A DNA stretch of 64,000 bases from NCBI GenBank assembly GCA_965215185.1, contig OZ244034.1, positions 2,368,001 through 2,432,000 of the forward strand. Reading direction: 5' to 3'. Under the pieces are notes generated by a model. The model had not been told where the DNA came from. It searched no databases and saw only the letters and a list, made by a program, of their open reading frames with translations. The first letter of the stretch is position 1, and every line of letters starts with the position of its first letter. Shown here one piece after another: positions 9,284 to 19,591 of the stretch. Origin of the DNA: Acidimicrobiia bacterium. Its GTDB lineage: Bacteria; Actinomycetota; Acidimicrobiia; Spongiisociales; ZC4RG35. A program made the translations under genes and the position numbers.

Positions 9284-12200
9284 GTGACTCTTAAGTCGTC
9301 CCCATTTATGACCGTACTCGTCGCCCTGGCGCTGCTTGCAGCACTTGTGGTCAGCCCTGCGGCGGCTGCCGACGGTGGTGGTGTTTACGAAGATGTCCCC
9401 ACCGATAACACTCATGCCCCGGCTATTGAGGCTCTGCAGATGGTGGGACTTCTGTTGGACACGGATTGCGCAGAGGGGAGCTTTTGTCCCAGCGAGCCCG
9501 TGCAGCGTTGGGTGGTGGCCGTGTGGCTGGCCAGGGCAGTTTACGGCTTCACACCAATGCAGGAGGCGCCGTCAACACAGTTCGCCGACTTGGACGACGA
9601 AATACAATGGGCTGCCCCCCATATAGAACGGATTGTCGATCTGGGCATCATCGAGGGATGCGGCGTCGATCCGCTCCGGTTCTGCCCTGAGGAAGCCCTG
9701 ACCCGTGCGGAGGTTGCGACTGTCCTGACCCGTGCCTTCAAACTCCCACCCGCAGGCTATGTGGGATTCGCAGATCTGGCGGGCGTCGAAAACGCTGGGG
9801 ACATCAATGCTCTCGCCGCCGCTCGGCTGACCGCCGGTTGTTCCGCCGACCCTTTCCTTTACTGCCCCTCTTTGGTGGTGACACGAGCCGAGATGGCGTC
9901 GTTCCTGGCGCGTGCCGTGGGCCTGATCCCCAAGCCCGGTTACCAGCCGGCGATGGACTCGACTTCGCTGTCCACCGATCCGGCGGTGCGTATCGGAACT
10001 CTGGACAACGGTTTCACCTACTACTTGCGACACAATGAAAGGCCTGGGAAGAGCGTAACTCTTCGACTGGTCGTGAAGGCGGGGTCGATCAATGAACCCG
10101 AACCGGGCCGGGGTATCGCTCACTTCCTGGAGCACATTCTTTTTGAGGGAACCGAGGCGTACACGGCCGAATCTTTCAACGCCACCATTCGTTCCTTGGG
10201 CGCCGAACTTGGTCCGGACATCAATGCCGGCGTCTGGTACGACCAGACCGTCTACGAATTGACAGTGACGGCCGATCCGATAGAAAATGTGAGCACGGCG
10301 CTGCATGTCCTGTCGCAGATGGCCCATGCCGCCCTTATTGACCCGGACGGGGTAATCGCAGAGCGAGGGGTGGTTCTGGACGAGTTGCGTTTCCGGACCG
10401 AGACCAGTGGTGGTCAGATCGGCGCCGAGTTCGATCGTATCTACACCCAGGGCACGCCTTATGAGGGGTATTACCCGGGCGGTACGGCGCCGTCTCTGGA
10501 GTCGATGACCGCTGAGGACCTGAGGGATTTCTATGAGACCTGGTACGTCCCGTCCAACATGGCCATCGTGGCGGTGGGTGACGTACCAGAAGACGACCTC
10601 TTTGCCCTGGTGGAGGAACACTTCGGACCGATAGAACCAGGTACCCCTCCAGCATTCTCGCTTCTCGAGGTGACACCTGACCCGGCGCCGTCCTATCACG
10701 TGGTCACCAACGAAGCGCAAGGCTACACATTCATTTCCCTCGACATCCCCATTCCGTCGTTTAATGCCGGCACGTTTGGCGGAGAGCGCCTCCTGCTATT
10801 GGACAGCCTGGTGGAATTGATGATCGCCAATCGGCTGGAAGACGCCTTCTACCGCGGTGAACTGGCACAGGTGGATCGCCCTCGCTTCCAAACCTTCAAC
10901 CACAACCGGGGATTGCGCTACTACGGCACCAACTGGCAGGGCGAGAATCTCGACACGGCTTCCAGCAACTACTTGTCGGTGTTGCAGACCGCACAGAGGT
11001 ACGGCTTCACCGATGCCGACCTGGTCCGCGCCAGAGAAGCAGTCGCCACCGCATTGGAGCACCGGCTTGAAACGGCCACTACTTCCACGGACCCCCAGTA
11101 CACGGGAAACTACGTAGACCACTACCTGTACGGCGCTGACATCAGTGCCCCTGAGGATCGGCACGACCGGATCTCGGCCCTTCTCGAAGAGGTGACGCCC
11201 GAGGAGTTGACCGATCACTACCGGTGGCAGATGAACCAGGCCGGGCCGATTGTGGTCGCAGTCGGTCCCAACGCCGCCAGCCTCCCTTCCACCGCTGATC
11301 TGGAAGCTGCGGTGGCGGCCGCAACGCCGCGCAGCGAGCCTCCACCAGTCGAGCCGGAGATCGATCAGTTGATGGCGGTTCCCGAGCCGGCGGAGCCGGT
11401 TTCCAGTGGCCCCTTCGCCCTACTGGAAGGCACCCAGTGGGAGTTCGCCAACGGGGCCCGGGTGGTGTTCGTGTACTCCGACATCGCCGAAGCGACTGTG
11501 CACCTGCGAACCCGGTCGCTGGGGGGATGGTCCCAACTGGAACCGGGCGCGCGGGCGCTCGCTCCCCGAGCGGTAGAAGCGGTGGTGCGCAGCGGCTTCG
11601 GTGACCTGACGCAATTGCAGATCAACCGTTTCCTCGGGGATAGCACCGCCTCCTTGAGCGCGTCGATCGGAGAGACCACCGAAGGTTTCGATGGCGGCGC
11701 CAACAGCCACGACCTGGAAACGCTGTTCCAACTCCTGCACCTGCTCATCACCGCTCCCCGGGTGGACGACATCGCCTTCGAACAGGCACTGAACAGTGCC
11801 ACCATCCGCACTCAACTGGCCGAGGTAAATCCTGGCTGGCAGGCATGGGTGGCCTATAACGAAGCCCGTTTCGATCCCGCCTGGCACCGACCGGTGGCGA
11901 CCTGGGAACAACTCGCCACGATGAGCGCCGAATCGCTACTCGATCTCTACCAGCGCCGACTGGGTGACGTGGACGACATGGTGGTGGCGGTGGTGGGTGA
12001 CACCGACGCCGAGGTCATCGAACGACTGGCTCGTCATTACATCGGGACTCTCCCCGCTGGCGAGTCCGACACCTTCGCCAACCGCCATCCGGCGCCACCC
12101 GATGGCCTGGTGCGGCGAGAGATACCGATCGGCGAGAATATGAGCGCCGTTCTGCAGATGTACCACGAAGCCGAGGGCACTGTTACCCCGTCAACAAGAG

Positions 12201-12667
12201 TCAACGCTCACATCCTTCGAGTGATTCTGGATGATCGTCTCACCCAGTTGGTGCGTGAGGAGTTGGGCGCCTCCTACATTGCGGGAGTCTCGATCCAACC
12301 GGCCCTCACGCCCAAACCCACGATCTACTCGGACCTGTTCTTCACCGTCGATGCCGACGGCTACCAGGACGCCTACAACCGGGTCCTTGCGATTCTGGCC
12401 GATATGGTGGCCAACGGACCCACGAGCGAGGAACTCGAACAGGCCAAGGCCGTTGCCCGGGCCGACTTCGACAAAGTCAACAACGACGGGTTGCTCAATG
12501 TCATCACGAGTCAATTGCATCTTGACGACGAAGACCTCTTCACGTCGGGACGTTCTCTGGAAGAACTCCAAAAGGTCACTGCCGCCACTGTGCAGGCTCT
12601 CGCCGCCCGGCTTTACGACAAGGAAACTCGGGTCGAGGTAATCCGGGTGCCCACCCCCAGGCAGTAA
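9284..12667 (+). CDS. SLH-domain-anchored M16 (PqqL/insulinase-like) zinc peptidase
   Basis: Signal peptide, SLH-like repeats (FCP..TRAEMASFLARA), GTLDNGFTYYLRHN, inverted zinc motif HFLEH, ERGVVLDE; second M16 half lacks HxxEH. Confidence 0.88.
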   Translation: MTLKSSPFMTVLVALALLAALVVSPAAAADGGGVYEDVPTDNTHAPAIEALQMVGLLLDTDCAEGSFCPSEPVQRWVVAVWLARAVYGFTPMQEAPSTQFADLDDEIQWAAPHIERIVDLGIIEGCGVDPLRFCPEEALTRAEVATVLTRAFKLPPAGYVGFADLAGVENAGDINALAAARLTAGCSADPFLYCPSLVVTRAEMASFLARAVGLIPKPGYQPAMDSTSLSTDPAVRIGTLDNGFTYYLRHNERPGKSVTLRLVVKAGSINEPEPGRGIAHFLEHILFEGTEAYTAESFNATIRSLGAELGPDINAGVWYDQTVYELTVTADPIENVSTALHVLSQMAHAALIDPDGVIAERGVVLDELRFRTETSGGQIGAEFDRIYTQGTPYEGYYPGGTAPSLESMTAEDLRDFYETWYVPSNMAIVAVGDVPEDDLFALVEEHFGPIEPGTPPAFSLLEVTPDPAPSYHVVTNEAQGYTFISLDIPIPSFNAGTFGGERLLLLDSLVELMIANRLEDAFYRGELAQVDRPRFQTFNHNRGLRYYGTNWQGENLDTASSNYLSVLQTAQRYGFTDADLVRAREAVATALEHRLETATTSTDPQYTGNYVDHYLYGADISAPEDRHDRISALLEEVTPEELTDHYRWQMNQAGPIVVAVGPNAASLPSTADLEAAVAAATPRSEPPPVEPEIDQLMAVPEPAEPVSSGPFALLEGTQWEFANGARVVFVYSDIAEATVHLRTRSLGGWSQLEPGARALAPRAVEAVVRSGFGDLTQLQINRFLGDSTASLSASIGETTEGFDGGANSHDLETLFQLLHLLITAPRVDDIAFEQALNSATIRTQLAEVNPGWQAWVAYNEARFDPAWHRPVATWEQLATMSAESLLDLYQRRLGDVDDMVVAVVGDTDAEVIERLARHYIGTLPAGESDTFANRHPAPPDGLVRREIPIGENMSAVLQMYHEAEGTVTPSTRVNAHILRVILDDRLTQLVREELGASYIAGVSIQPALTPKPTIYSDLFFTVDADGYQDAYNRVLAILADMVANGPTSEELEQAKAVARADFDKVNNDGLLNVITSQLHLDDEDLFTSGRSLEELQKVTAATVQALAARLYDKETRVEVIRVPTPRQ

Positions 12668-12746
12668 CGTTTGTGCAGTTACAGTGATAGCGGAAGAGAC
12701 CTGTACCCCAAAGGCGGAAGCGGTATTTGCTTGAGACGAGGACACC

Positions 12747-13307
12747 ATGATTTTCTCTGACCGATCGATAAAGGAAGCCTTGGCGGAGGGTCGGCTGGAG
12801 ATCGATCCCTTTGAAGAGTCGAATGTCCAGCCATCCAGCGTAGATCTGCGAGTGTCATCCACCTTCCGGGTCTTCGCCAATCACCTCTATCCCTACATTG
12901 ATCCCCGCCAGCACCAGGAGAACCTCACCTCAATCCACGAAGTGGAGCCCGACAATCACTTCATTCTCCACCCTGGCGAATTCGCGTTGGGGGCCACCTT
13001 GGAACGGGTCCGGTTGGGAGATGACGTGGTCGCCCGACTGGAAGGCAAATCCAGTCTGGGACGCTTGGGTCTGATGATCCACTCAACAGCCGGGTTCGTC
13101 GATCCGGGGTTCAACGGCCACCTCACACTGGAACTCTCCAACGTGGCTCAACTCCCCATCGCCATCTACCCGGGGATGCAGATCGGGCAAATCAGCTTCT
13201 ACCAGATGACCACCCGGGCCGACCACCCGTATGGAAGCGGAGTCACCGGTTCCAAATACCAAGATCAGATGGGACCAACCGCCAGCCGGAGTCATCAGAA
13301 CTTCTAG
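12747..13307 (+). CDS. dcd: dCTP deaminase
   Basis: Motifs [32 protein letters not shown] and SKYQDQ. Confidence 0.95.
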   Translation: MIFSDRSIKEALAEGRLEIDPFEESNVQPSSVDLRVSSTFRVFANHLYPYIDPRQHQENLTSIHEVEPDNHFILHPGEFALGATLERVRLGDDVVARLEGKSSLGRLGLMIHSTAGFVDPGFNGHLTLELSNVAQLPIAIYPGMQIGQISFYQMTTRADHPYGSGVTGSKYQDQMGPTASRSHQNF

Positions 13308-13345
13308 ACCCGGCAATAGCCCTCGTTTATCCCAGCAGGGCAACC

Positions 13346-14353
13346 TCAGTACTCGTGGTCGGCGCGGCGCTGGCGGGAGGGCTGCACCCGGGGAGGCTCC
13401 CCCGGTTGCTTGGGGTAGTGGGGTGGCCAAGGGGCATCTCCCAAGCCATATTCTTCTTCGTCACGCACCACCCACTCCAAAAGAGTGTGAATTTCCCCCG
13501 CCGACTGGTCGATGCCGTCCGTCAAATCACCCACCACCCGGTAGCGATCGGCGAACCGGTCCATCGGGAAATCCTCGATCTGGACATCCGGCAGTTCGTC
13601 CCAGGTCAGGGGCGCCGAGACATATCCGGTGGGCCGAACCCCATAGGCGGATGAGACGGTTTTGTCTCGGGCGTTCTGGTTGTAGTCAACAAAGATTCCC
13701 GTGCGTTCTTCCTTCCACCACTTTGTGGTGACCAGACCAGGCAGGCGCCGCTCCAACTCCCGGGCGAAAGCCAGCACCGCCCGACGGGTGTGGTGGAAGT
13801 CGTACTCACGTGCGACCCGGACGTACACATGGATACCACGACTTCCTGAAGTCTTGGGCCACCCCCTAAGCCCCACCTCCGTCAGCAGACCACCGGCTGC
13901 CAGAGCAACTTCTTTCACGTGCGCAAACCCAAAGCCGGGGGTGGGATCAAAGTCGAACCGCAGTTCGTCGGGGTGATCGATGTCGTCAGCCCGGACCGGC
14001 CAGGGATGGAAGTCGAGACACCCCAACTGCGCCAGCCGCACGATATCCGCCGGATGGGTGGGAACATTCATCACCCCCGGCCGTTGGGAGGGAAAACGAA
14101 TATCGACGGTCTGGAAAGGCGTGCCCCGCTGGGCGCGCTTCTGATAGATGGGCGGCTTATCCACCCCCTTCATATAGCGCTTCAGCATGGTGGGGCGGTT
14201 GGCCACTCCCCGCAGAGCCCCCTCCGCGCAGACCATAAAGTGGTTGATGACGTCCAACTTGGTCCATCCCCGCTTCGCAAAGACCACCCGGGAGGGACTG
14301 GATATCCGCACCGTTTCGCCGGCTACCTCGACAGTGGTGACTTCTTGGGCCAT
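13346..14353 (-). CDS. stand-alone LigD-type primase-polymerase (Prim-Pol) domain protein
   Basis: Motifs PDELRFDFDP, PKTSGSRGIH, WWKEER, FVDYNQN and WPPHYPK. Start trimmed to MAQEV. Confidence 0.88.
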   Translation of the reverse strand: MAQEVTTVEVAGETVRISSPSRVVFAKRGWTKLDVINHFMVCAEGALRGVANRPTMLKRYMKGVDKPPIYQKRAQRGTPFQTVDIRFPSQRPGVMNVPTHPADIVRLAQLGCLDFHPWPVRADDIDHPDELRFDFDPTPGFGFAHVKEVALAAGGLLTEVGLRGWPKTSGSRGIHVYVRVAREYDFHHTRRAVLAFARELERRLPGLVTTKWWKEERTGIFVDYNQNARDKTVSSAYGVRPTGYVSAPLTWDELPDVQIEDFPMDRFADRYRVVGDLTDGIDQSAGEIHTLLEWVVRDEEEYGLGDAPWPPHYPKQPGEPPRVQPSRQRRADHEY

Positions 14354-14479
14354 CACCGAATCACGGTACCTTATCTGAGAGAGTGATTCATCATTTCTTG
14401 CCACCATCGATCCCGCACCGCCGAAGAAATCCAAGCCTGAGCGCAACGCAACGGGACGGTTGCGGGTTCTTATAAACAG

Positions 14480-15025
14480 ATGGAAAACTTGGCAAGGGCT
14501 TTGGCATCCGATTTGGACAAGGCATTTGCGGAGTTGGTGTGTGAGCTGCAGCACGGTGTGTTCAGCGGGATTCTTCAACTCACCGGAGACCATCACCGGG
14601 CGCAAGACCTGACACAAGAGGCTTTCATCCGGGCCTACCTGGCCCTTCGGACCTATCCGAGCGAACGCATCCGTAGCATGCGGCTGCGGGGATGGGTGTG
14701 GACCATCGCCCTCAATCTCCTCCGCAATCAGATCCGCTCCCAGACTCTAAGACCTGTCCCGGTGAGACTGGAGGACGTCGGGTACATCCCGACGGAACCC
14801 CCCGACTCCTGCGCCTGGCAACGCAGGTGGGCGCTCCTGCCTTCCACCCAGCGGCAGGCAGTGATCCTGCGACATGTGGCGGGACTCTCCTATCAGGAGA
14901 TATCGGAAGCCACCGCCCGTCCCCGCAGCACTGCCAGAAGCGATGTCCATCGTGGTTTGAACCGACTACGTGCCATCATCGAACAAGAACACTTCGAGGA
15001 GGAAAGAAATGAAACTGGAAAGTGA
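14480..15025 (+). CDS. ECF RNA polymerase sigma factor
   Basis: Region 2 AQDLTQEAFIRAY..WVWTIALN; region 4 LP..QRQAVILRHVAGLSYQEIS. Confidence 0.9.
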   Translation: MENLARALASDLDKAFAELVCELQHGVFSGILQLTGDHHRAQDLTQEAFIRAYLALRTYPSERIRSMRLRGWVWTIALNLLRNQIRSQTLRPVPVRLEDVGYIPTEPPDSCAWQRRWALLPSTQRQAVILRHVAGLSYQEISEATARPRSTARSDVHRGLNRLRAIIEQEHFEEERNETGK

Positions 15026-15581
15026 TTTGCAGCGATTGTCGACCATCGCACCCCGAGGCATGGTTGAGGGGGTGGAGTTGGGAACCGGTCTGGCTGACGG
15101 ATTCTCGGTGTTCGAATCCCCGCTGGGACCGGTGGTGGTGGCTTTCAATCCCGTGGGCGTGTCAGCGGTGGACCTATTCAATGATGGGTTCAAGGAGCGT
15201 TTCGAACAACGGTTCCGAAGACGGCTGTTGGAGGCTCGTCCGCCCCGGAGTTGGAACGATCTGATCCTTCAGGCCCTGGCGAAGGGTACGCCCGGCACTC
15301 TGCCGGTCGACTTTCGCTCGGTCACCGACTTCCAGAGGCAGGTGCTGAGAGAGACTTCCGCTATTCCCCGCGGCGAGACGCGCTCCTACGGATGGCTTGC
15401 CCATCGGGCCGGGCGCCCCAAGGCTGCCCGAGCAGTAGGACAGACCATGGCCCGTAACCCGGTTCCTTTGGTGATCCCCTGCCACCGGGTGGTCCGTTCC
15501 GACGGCCGCGTCGGACACTACGGCCTGGGGGGGGTCGAGCGCAAACGCACATTGCTCCAAGTCGAAGGCGCCATCAGGTAA
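15009..15581 (+). CDS. ogt: methylated-DNA--protein-cysteine S-methyltransferase
   Basis: IPRGETRSYG, AARAVG, active-site PCHRV. ATG 15009 follows GAGGA and overlaps the sigma gene end. Confidence 0.9.
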   Translation: MKLESDLQRLSTIAPRGMVEGVELGTGLADGFSVFESPLGPVVVAFNPVGVSAVDLFNDGFKERFEQRFRRRLLEARPPRSWNDLILQALAKGTPGTLPVDFRSVTDFQRQVLRETSAIPRGETRSYGWLAHRAGRPKAARAVGQTMARNPVPLVIPCHRVVRSDGRVGHYGLGGVERKRTLLQVEGAIR

Positions 15582-15637
15582 TCCCCAGATCCCAACCTCC
15601 CCGGTCACAGACATCCGGGGCGAGTTAGGCTGGCCAC

Positions 15638-18034
15638 ATGGCTTGCCGTTTCCCTGAAATAGTTAGCCGTTGTGGTGGGGTTTCTCGAGTGGTTGCGGGA
15701 GTCTTGGCGGTGCTCGTGATACTGGCCCCATCCGGATCAGCACTCGCCGAAGGGGAGGCGGTTGCCGACGATACACCCCCACCGGGCATTGTTTTTGCCA
15801 GCGATGTCGGAGACACGATTTGGGCGATGGACGCCAACGGCGACAACCAACGGCAGCTCACCACCGACCGCAGCGGTGATCCGGCTTGGTCACCCAACGG
15901 GACCCGGATCGCCTACACCCGTTACAACGGGTCCACCTATGACGGTGTCTGGGTGATGGATACGGACGGGCGAAATCAGAGAAGACTCACCAACGGGTTC
16001 ACCGGTGGACCGTCATGGTCACCCGACAGCACTCACCTCACGTACAGCGGCCCGGTGGGGATCGGGGTAGTGAATGCCGATAGCGCCGTTTCACACCAAA
16101 TCACCATCAACTCCGACTGGGGCCCCGCATGGTCACCCAACGGAACCCGGATCGTCTATACCAGCCGCCAGCTCGATGAAATCTGGGTTATGGATACCAA
16201 TGGCGGCGACCAAAAGCAACTCACCACCCACGGCGCCCACCCGGTGTGGTCACCCGACGGAACCCGCATTCTCTATACCAGCTCTCATCTCGACGGCATT
16301 TACATAGTGGAAGGCAAAGAGAACCTTCAGAGACAACTAACCAGCGACGGGTCTGACCCGACCTGGTCACCCAACGGCGCCCACATCGCCTACACAGGCA
16401 CAGGAAACGACTTTTTCCTGTGGACGGCAGACACCATTGGGGGGATTCTCGTGGTGGACGCAGGCGGCGGAAACCAACAACAACTCGCCCCAGACGGGTC
16501 TGACCCAACCTGGTCACCCAACGGCGCCCACATCGCCTACGTGGGCACGGCTGGGGGCATCTATGTGATGGACGCAGACGCGGCTAACCAACGGTCGATA
16601 ACCCTTGAGAGGGGCCTGCGACCACAGTGGTCGACCGACAGTCAACGCCTTGCCTATTACACCCCGGGCGGGATCTTTGTAGTGGAGATCGACGGCGCCC
16701 CGCCACAGCAATTGACCGGCTACGGGGTGACTCCGGCGTGGTCACCGACAACAACCCTGACAGCAGCCACAGAACCCACAACTGCGGATACGCCAGCCTG
16801 TCCGGCGACTACCAACATGCACGCCCCCAGATTCCTCCCACTCACGGTGAGGATAACCTCCTCGGCGCCGCAGACCGTGAAAGGGCCCTTTGAGATCTCG
16901 ATCGAGTTCTCCCGTCCGGTGACCGGCTTTTCTGCAGATGAGGCGTCAGTTGTCAACGGCCATGTAACGACCCTAGTGGACTGCGGCTCTACTTATCGAG
17001 TGCGAATCTCACCGGCCTCGGTGGGGACCGTGGTAGTGCGGATACCACGGAACGTGGCTCGCGATATAACCAACCAAGGCAACTTCGCCTCACTACCTCT
17101 GTTGAGAACCGGCGTTTCAACGCAGGATCTAGCAGTTGCGGGTATCGATACGTGGGACCGCATCGAGGTGCTAAGGGCATACAGGGTGGAATTTAATCGA
17201 AGCCAGCCGGTGGGGGAATACACCAGCCGGGTTGAAAGATGTCTGGCGGGATCGACTAGCCAGGAGTTCCGTGACAGCGTAATCCAGCGTGTCAACTGGT
17301 ATCGCCGGATGGCCGGGTTGGAGGTGGTGGCGGAACGACCGGAATACTCCCAATGGGCGCAGGAAACCGCCATGATGATGTCCGCTGCAGGCGCCCTCTC
17401 ACACCGCCCGGGCAGCGATTGGGCTTGCTACACCAGCGTGGGCGGAGCCACCGCCAACCAAAGCAATCTCCTATTGGGGGCCGTGGGGATCCTTGCCATC
17501 GACGGATACATGAGAAACCATGGCCCTCCAAACCTTCATGTAGACCATCGACGCCTCCTCCTTTACCCGCAACTCCTCGAGATTGGTACCGGTGACGTTC
17601 CAGGCGACCAGGGCAGACGGTCGGCCAATGCTCTCTACATACGGGGGGAGGATGTCCCGCAATCTCGCTTGAGGGTTCGGGAGCAACGGAGATTTGTAGC
17701 ATGGCCTCCGCCGGGCTACGTACCTGCCGAAACCGTGTGGGGCCGCTGGTCGTTTTCGGTGCCCGGCGCTGACTTTTCCCATGCCGAGGTCACCGTCACC
17801 GACGATCAGGGCCGGGTCCCGGTGGAAGTCCTGGTCAGAAACCCGGCCTCTTCCGGTTCGCGAAATATCCCGGAAACAGCCTTCGTGTGGGCCGTAGCCG
17901 GGGATACAGACTCGAACCGGCTGCCGCCCCCCACCGATGGCGACCATTGCTATTCAGTCGTGATCAGCAACGTGCGGATCGAAGGCAACACCCAACCACC
18001 CTACGAATATGCCACCTGCGTTATCGACTCCTAA
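15638..18034 (+). CDS. secreted TolB-like (PD40) beta-propeller + Ig-like + CAP(SCP)-like domain protein
   Basis: Signal peptide; about 8 P.WSP.G..IAY repeats; beta-sandwich segment (PFEISIEFSRPVTGF); CAP-like segment (RVNWYRRMAGL..LSH..HRRLLL). Start uncertain. Confidence 0.75.
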   Translation: MACRFPEIVSRCGGVSRVVAGVLAVLVILAPSGSALAEGEAVADDTPPPGIVFASDVGDTIWAMDANGDNQRQLTTDRSGDPAWSPNGTRIAYTRYNGSTYDGVWVMDTDGRNQRRLTNGFTGGPSWSPDSTHLTYSGPVGIGVVNADSAVSHQITINSDWGPAWSPNGTRIVYTSRQLDEIWVMDTNGGDQKQLTTHGAHPVWSPDGTRILYTSSHLDGIYIVEGKENLQRQLTSDGSDPTWSPNGAHIAYTGTGNDFFLWTADTIGGILVVDAGGGNQQQLAPDGSDPTWSPNGAHIAYVGTAGGIYVMDADAANQRSITLERGLRPQWSTDSQRLAYYTPGGIFVVEIDGAPPQQLTGYGVTPAWSPTTTLTAATEPTTADTPACPATTNMHAPRFLPLTVRITSSAPQTVKGPFEISIEFSRPVTGFSADEASVVNGHVTTLVDCGSTYRVRISPASVGTVVVRIPRNVARDITNQGNFASLPLLRTGVSTQDLAVAGIDTWDRIEVLRAYRVEFNRSQPVGEYTSRVERCLAGSTSQEFRDSVIQRVNWYRRMAGLEVVAERPEYSQWAQETAMMMSAAGALSHRPGSDWACYTSVGGATANQSNLLLGAVGILAIDGYMRNHGPPNLHVDHRRLLLYPQLLEIGTGDVPGDQGRRSANALYIRGEDVPQSRLRVREQRRFVAWPPPGYVPAETVWGRWSFSVPGADFSHAEVTVTDDQGRVPVEVLVRNPASSGSRNIPETAFVWAVAGDTDSNRLPPPTDGDHCYSVVISNVRIEGNTQPPYEYATCVIDS
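16346..16540 (+). repeat. 48-bp near-identical intragenic direct repeat (16346-16393 / 16493-16540)
   Basis: GACGGGTCTGACCC[G/A]ACCTGGTCACCCAACGGCGCCCACATCGCCTAC, one mismatch; encodes DGSDPTWSPNGAHIAY twice. Confidence 0.9.
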
Positions 18035-18110
18035 AAACGACGCCATATCAATCTCGGCGCATCTCTACCCAACGTTTGGCGACGATGATCCTGATCAAGC
18101 TCTAGGTGAC

Positions 18111-19577
18111 GTGTTGAGCAACGATCAACCCAAGAACCATCTTCCCATCACCAACGGACTGGTAGTGGTAGTCAAAGACGATTGCGAAACCTGCCACCTG
18201 GTGATACCCGTTCTCGCCGAGTTGGCTCGGGGTGAACAAGCTCTGGTGGTGGTGTCCCAGGACCGAGCCGATTTTCCCCGGGGATTCGCGGTCACTCACG
18301 ACCGGGAGTTGGATATCTCCTGGCGCCTTCAAACCGAGACCACCCCCACCATATACCGAATTGAGAGCGGCAAGGTGGTGGATCAGCAGCCAGGGTGGCT
18401 GAGAGGCGGTTGGGAGCGGGTCGCCGGGACTCAAGACCTGGGTGCGGGTCTTCCCGACCAACGCCCCGGCTGCGGGTCTGACACCATGCTGCCCGACGTC
18501 TACCAACGTCTGTTCCGACGACACTCCCCTAACCACTTGACATCTCGCCGAATCGAATTGGGAAGCTCCGAAGATCCCATGGAAGCAGCCTTCGCCCGCG
18601 GATGGACAGATGGCCTTCCCGTTACTCCCCCCACCGAGGAGCGGGTGGCGAGGATGCTGGGAGGCACCGCCCTTTCTCCTAACGAGGTGGTCTGTGCGCT
18701 GCCCCCCGACTTAGCCGAATGCACGGTAGAGAAGGTGGCGATCAACGCCGTGATGGCGGGATGTCTACCCGAATACCTGCCGGTGGTGTTGGCGGCGGTG
18801 AAGGCAGCTGCCGGAAGGCGCTTCAACATCCATGGGATCTCGGCCACCACCTACTTCACGGGACCCGTGATGGTAGTGAACGGTCCGATCCGCCACAGGA
18901 TCGGAATGAACGCGGGGATAAACGCGCTCGGGCCGGGCAACCGGGCCAATATGACCATCGGGCGGGCTCTCAACCTGGTGGTCCGCAATGTGGGCGGCGC
19001 CCGGCCCGGTGGGGTGGACCGGGCCGCGCTGGGCAGCCCCGGAAAGCTGTCCTTTTGTTTTCCCGAGGACGAGGAAGGATCCCCATGGGAGTCTTTGTCA
19101 GTAGAGCGGGGCTACTCCTCCCAGGATTCCACCATCACCCTCTTCGCCGGACACGGGCCGATCGAGATAGTTGATCAGAGATCCCGCCACCCCGAATCCC
19201 TGGCCCGCACTTTCGCATTGCAGCTGCGCATGATCGGTCATCCCAAGATTGCCGGATTGTCCGACGCCATAGTGGTGGTTTCTCCCGAGCATGCCCGAGT
19301 CTTCCGGGAAGCGGGTTGGTCCAAGACCCGGCTTCGCCAAGAGATCTTTGCCCTTCTCACGCTCCCCACCGACGAGATGGTGGCCGGCGCTGGTGGAGTG
19401 GCGGAGGGCCTGCCGCCGGCCGTGGCTGCCACGAAGAAGAAAGTATTGAAGTTCACTCCCGAGGGCCTTTGGTTTGTTCACGCCGGCGGGGACGCCGGAA
19501 TGTTCTCCGCGATAATCTCAGGTTGGATCGGGGGATCATCCAGTTCGCAAATGACCACCATCGCTATCGACTACTAA
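18111..19577 (+). CDS. thioredoxin-like (CxxC) domain fused to an uncharacterised domain; partner of UGSC protein
   Basis: KDDCETC, RPGCGS, then GWTDGLPV.PPT, EKVAINAVMAGC.PEY and GNRANMTIGRA. Start uncertain (GTG 18111 chosen). Confidence 0.75.
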   Translation: MLSNDQPKNHLPITNGLVVVVKDDCETCHLVIPVLAELARGEQALVVVSQDRADFPRGFAVTHDRELDISWRLQTETTPTIYRIESGKVVDQQPGWLRGGWERVAGTQDLGAGLPDQRPGCGSDTMLPDVYQRLFRRHSPNHLTSRRIELGSSEDPMEAAFARGWTDGLPVTPPTEERVARMLGGTALSPNEVVCALPPDLAECTVEKVAINAVMAGCLPEYLPVVLAAVKAAAGRRFNIHGISATTYFTGPVMVVNGPIRHRIGMNAGINALGPGNRANMTIGRALNLVVRNVGGARPGGVDRAALGSPGKLSFCFPEDEEGSPWESLSVERGYSSQDSTITLFAGHGPIEIVDQRSRHPESLARTFALQLRMIGHPKIAGLSDAIVVVSPEHARVFREAGWSKTRLRQEIFALLTLPTDEMVAGAGGVAEGLPPAVAATKKKVLKFTPEGLWFVHAGGDAGMFSAIISGWIGGSSSSQMTTIAIDY

Positions 19578-19591
19578 AAAGGGGGCGCCAG

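Noticed and set aside
9085-9284. tRNA-Gly as integration site of a genomic island
   Set aside because: No integrase and no duplicated tRNA 3' end were noticed in the window.
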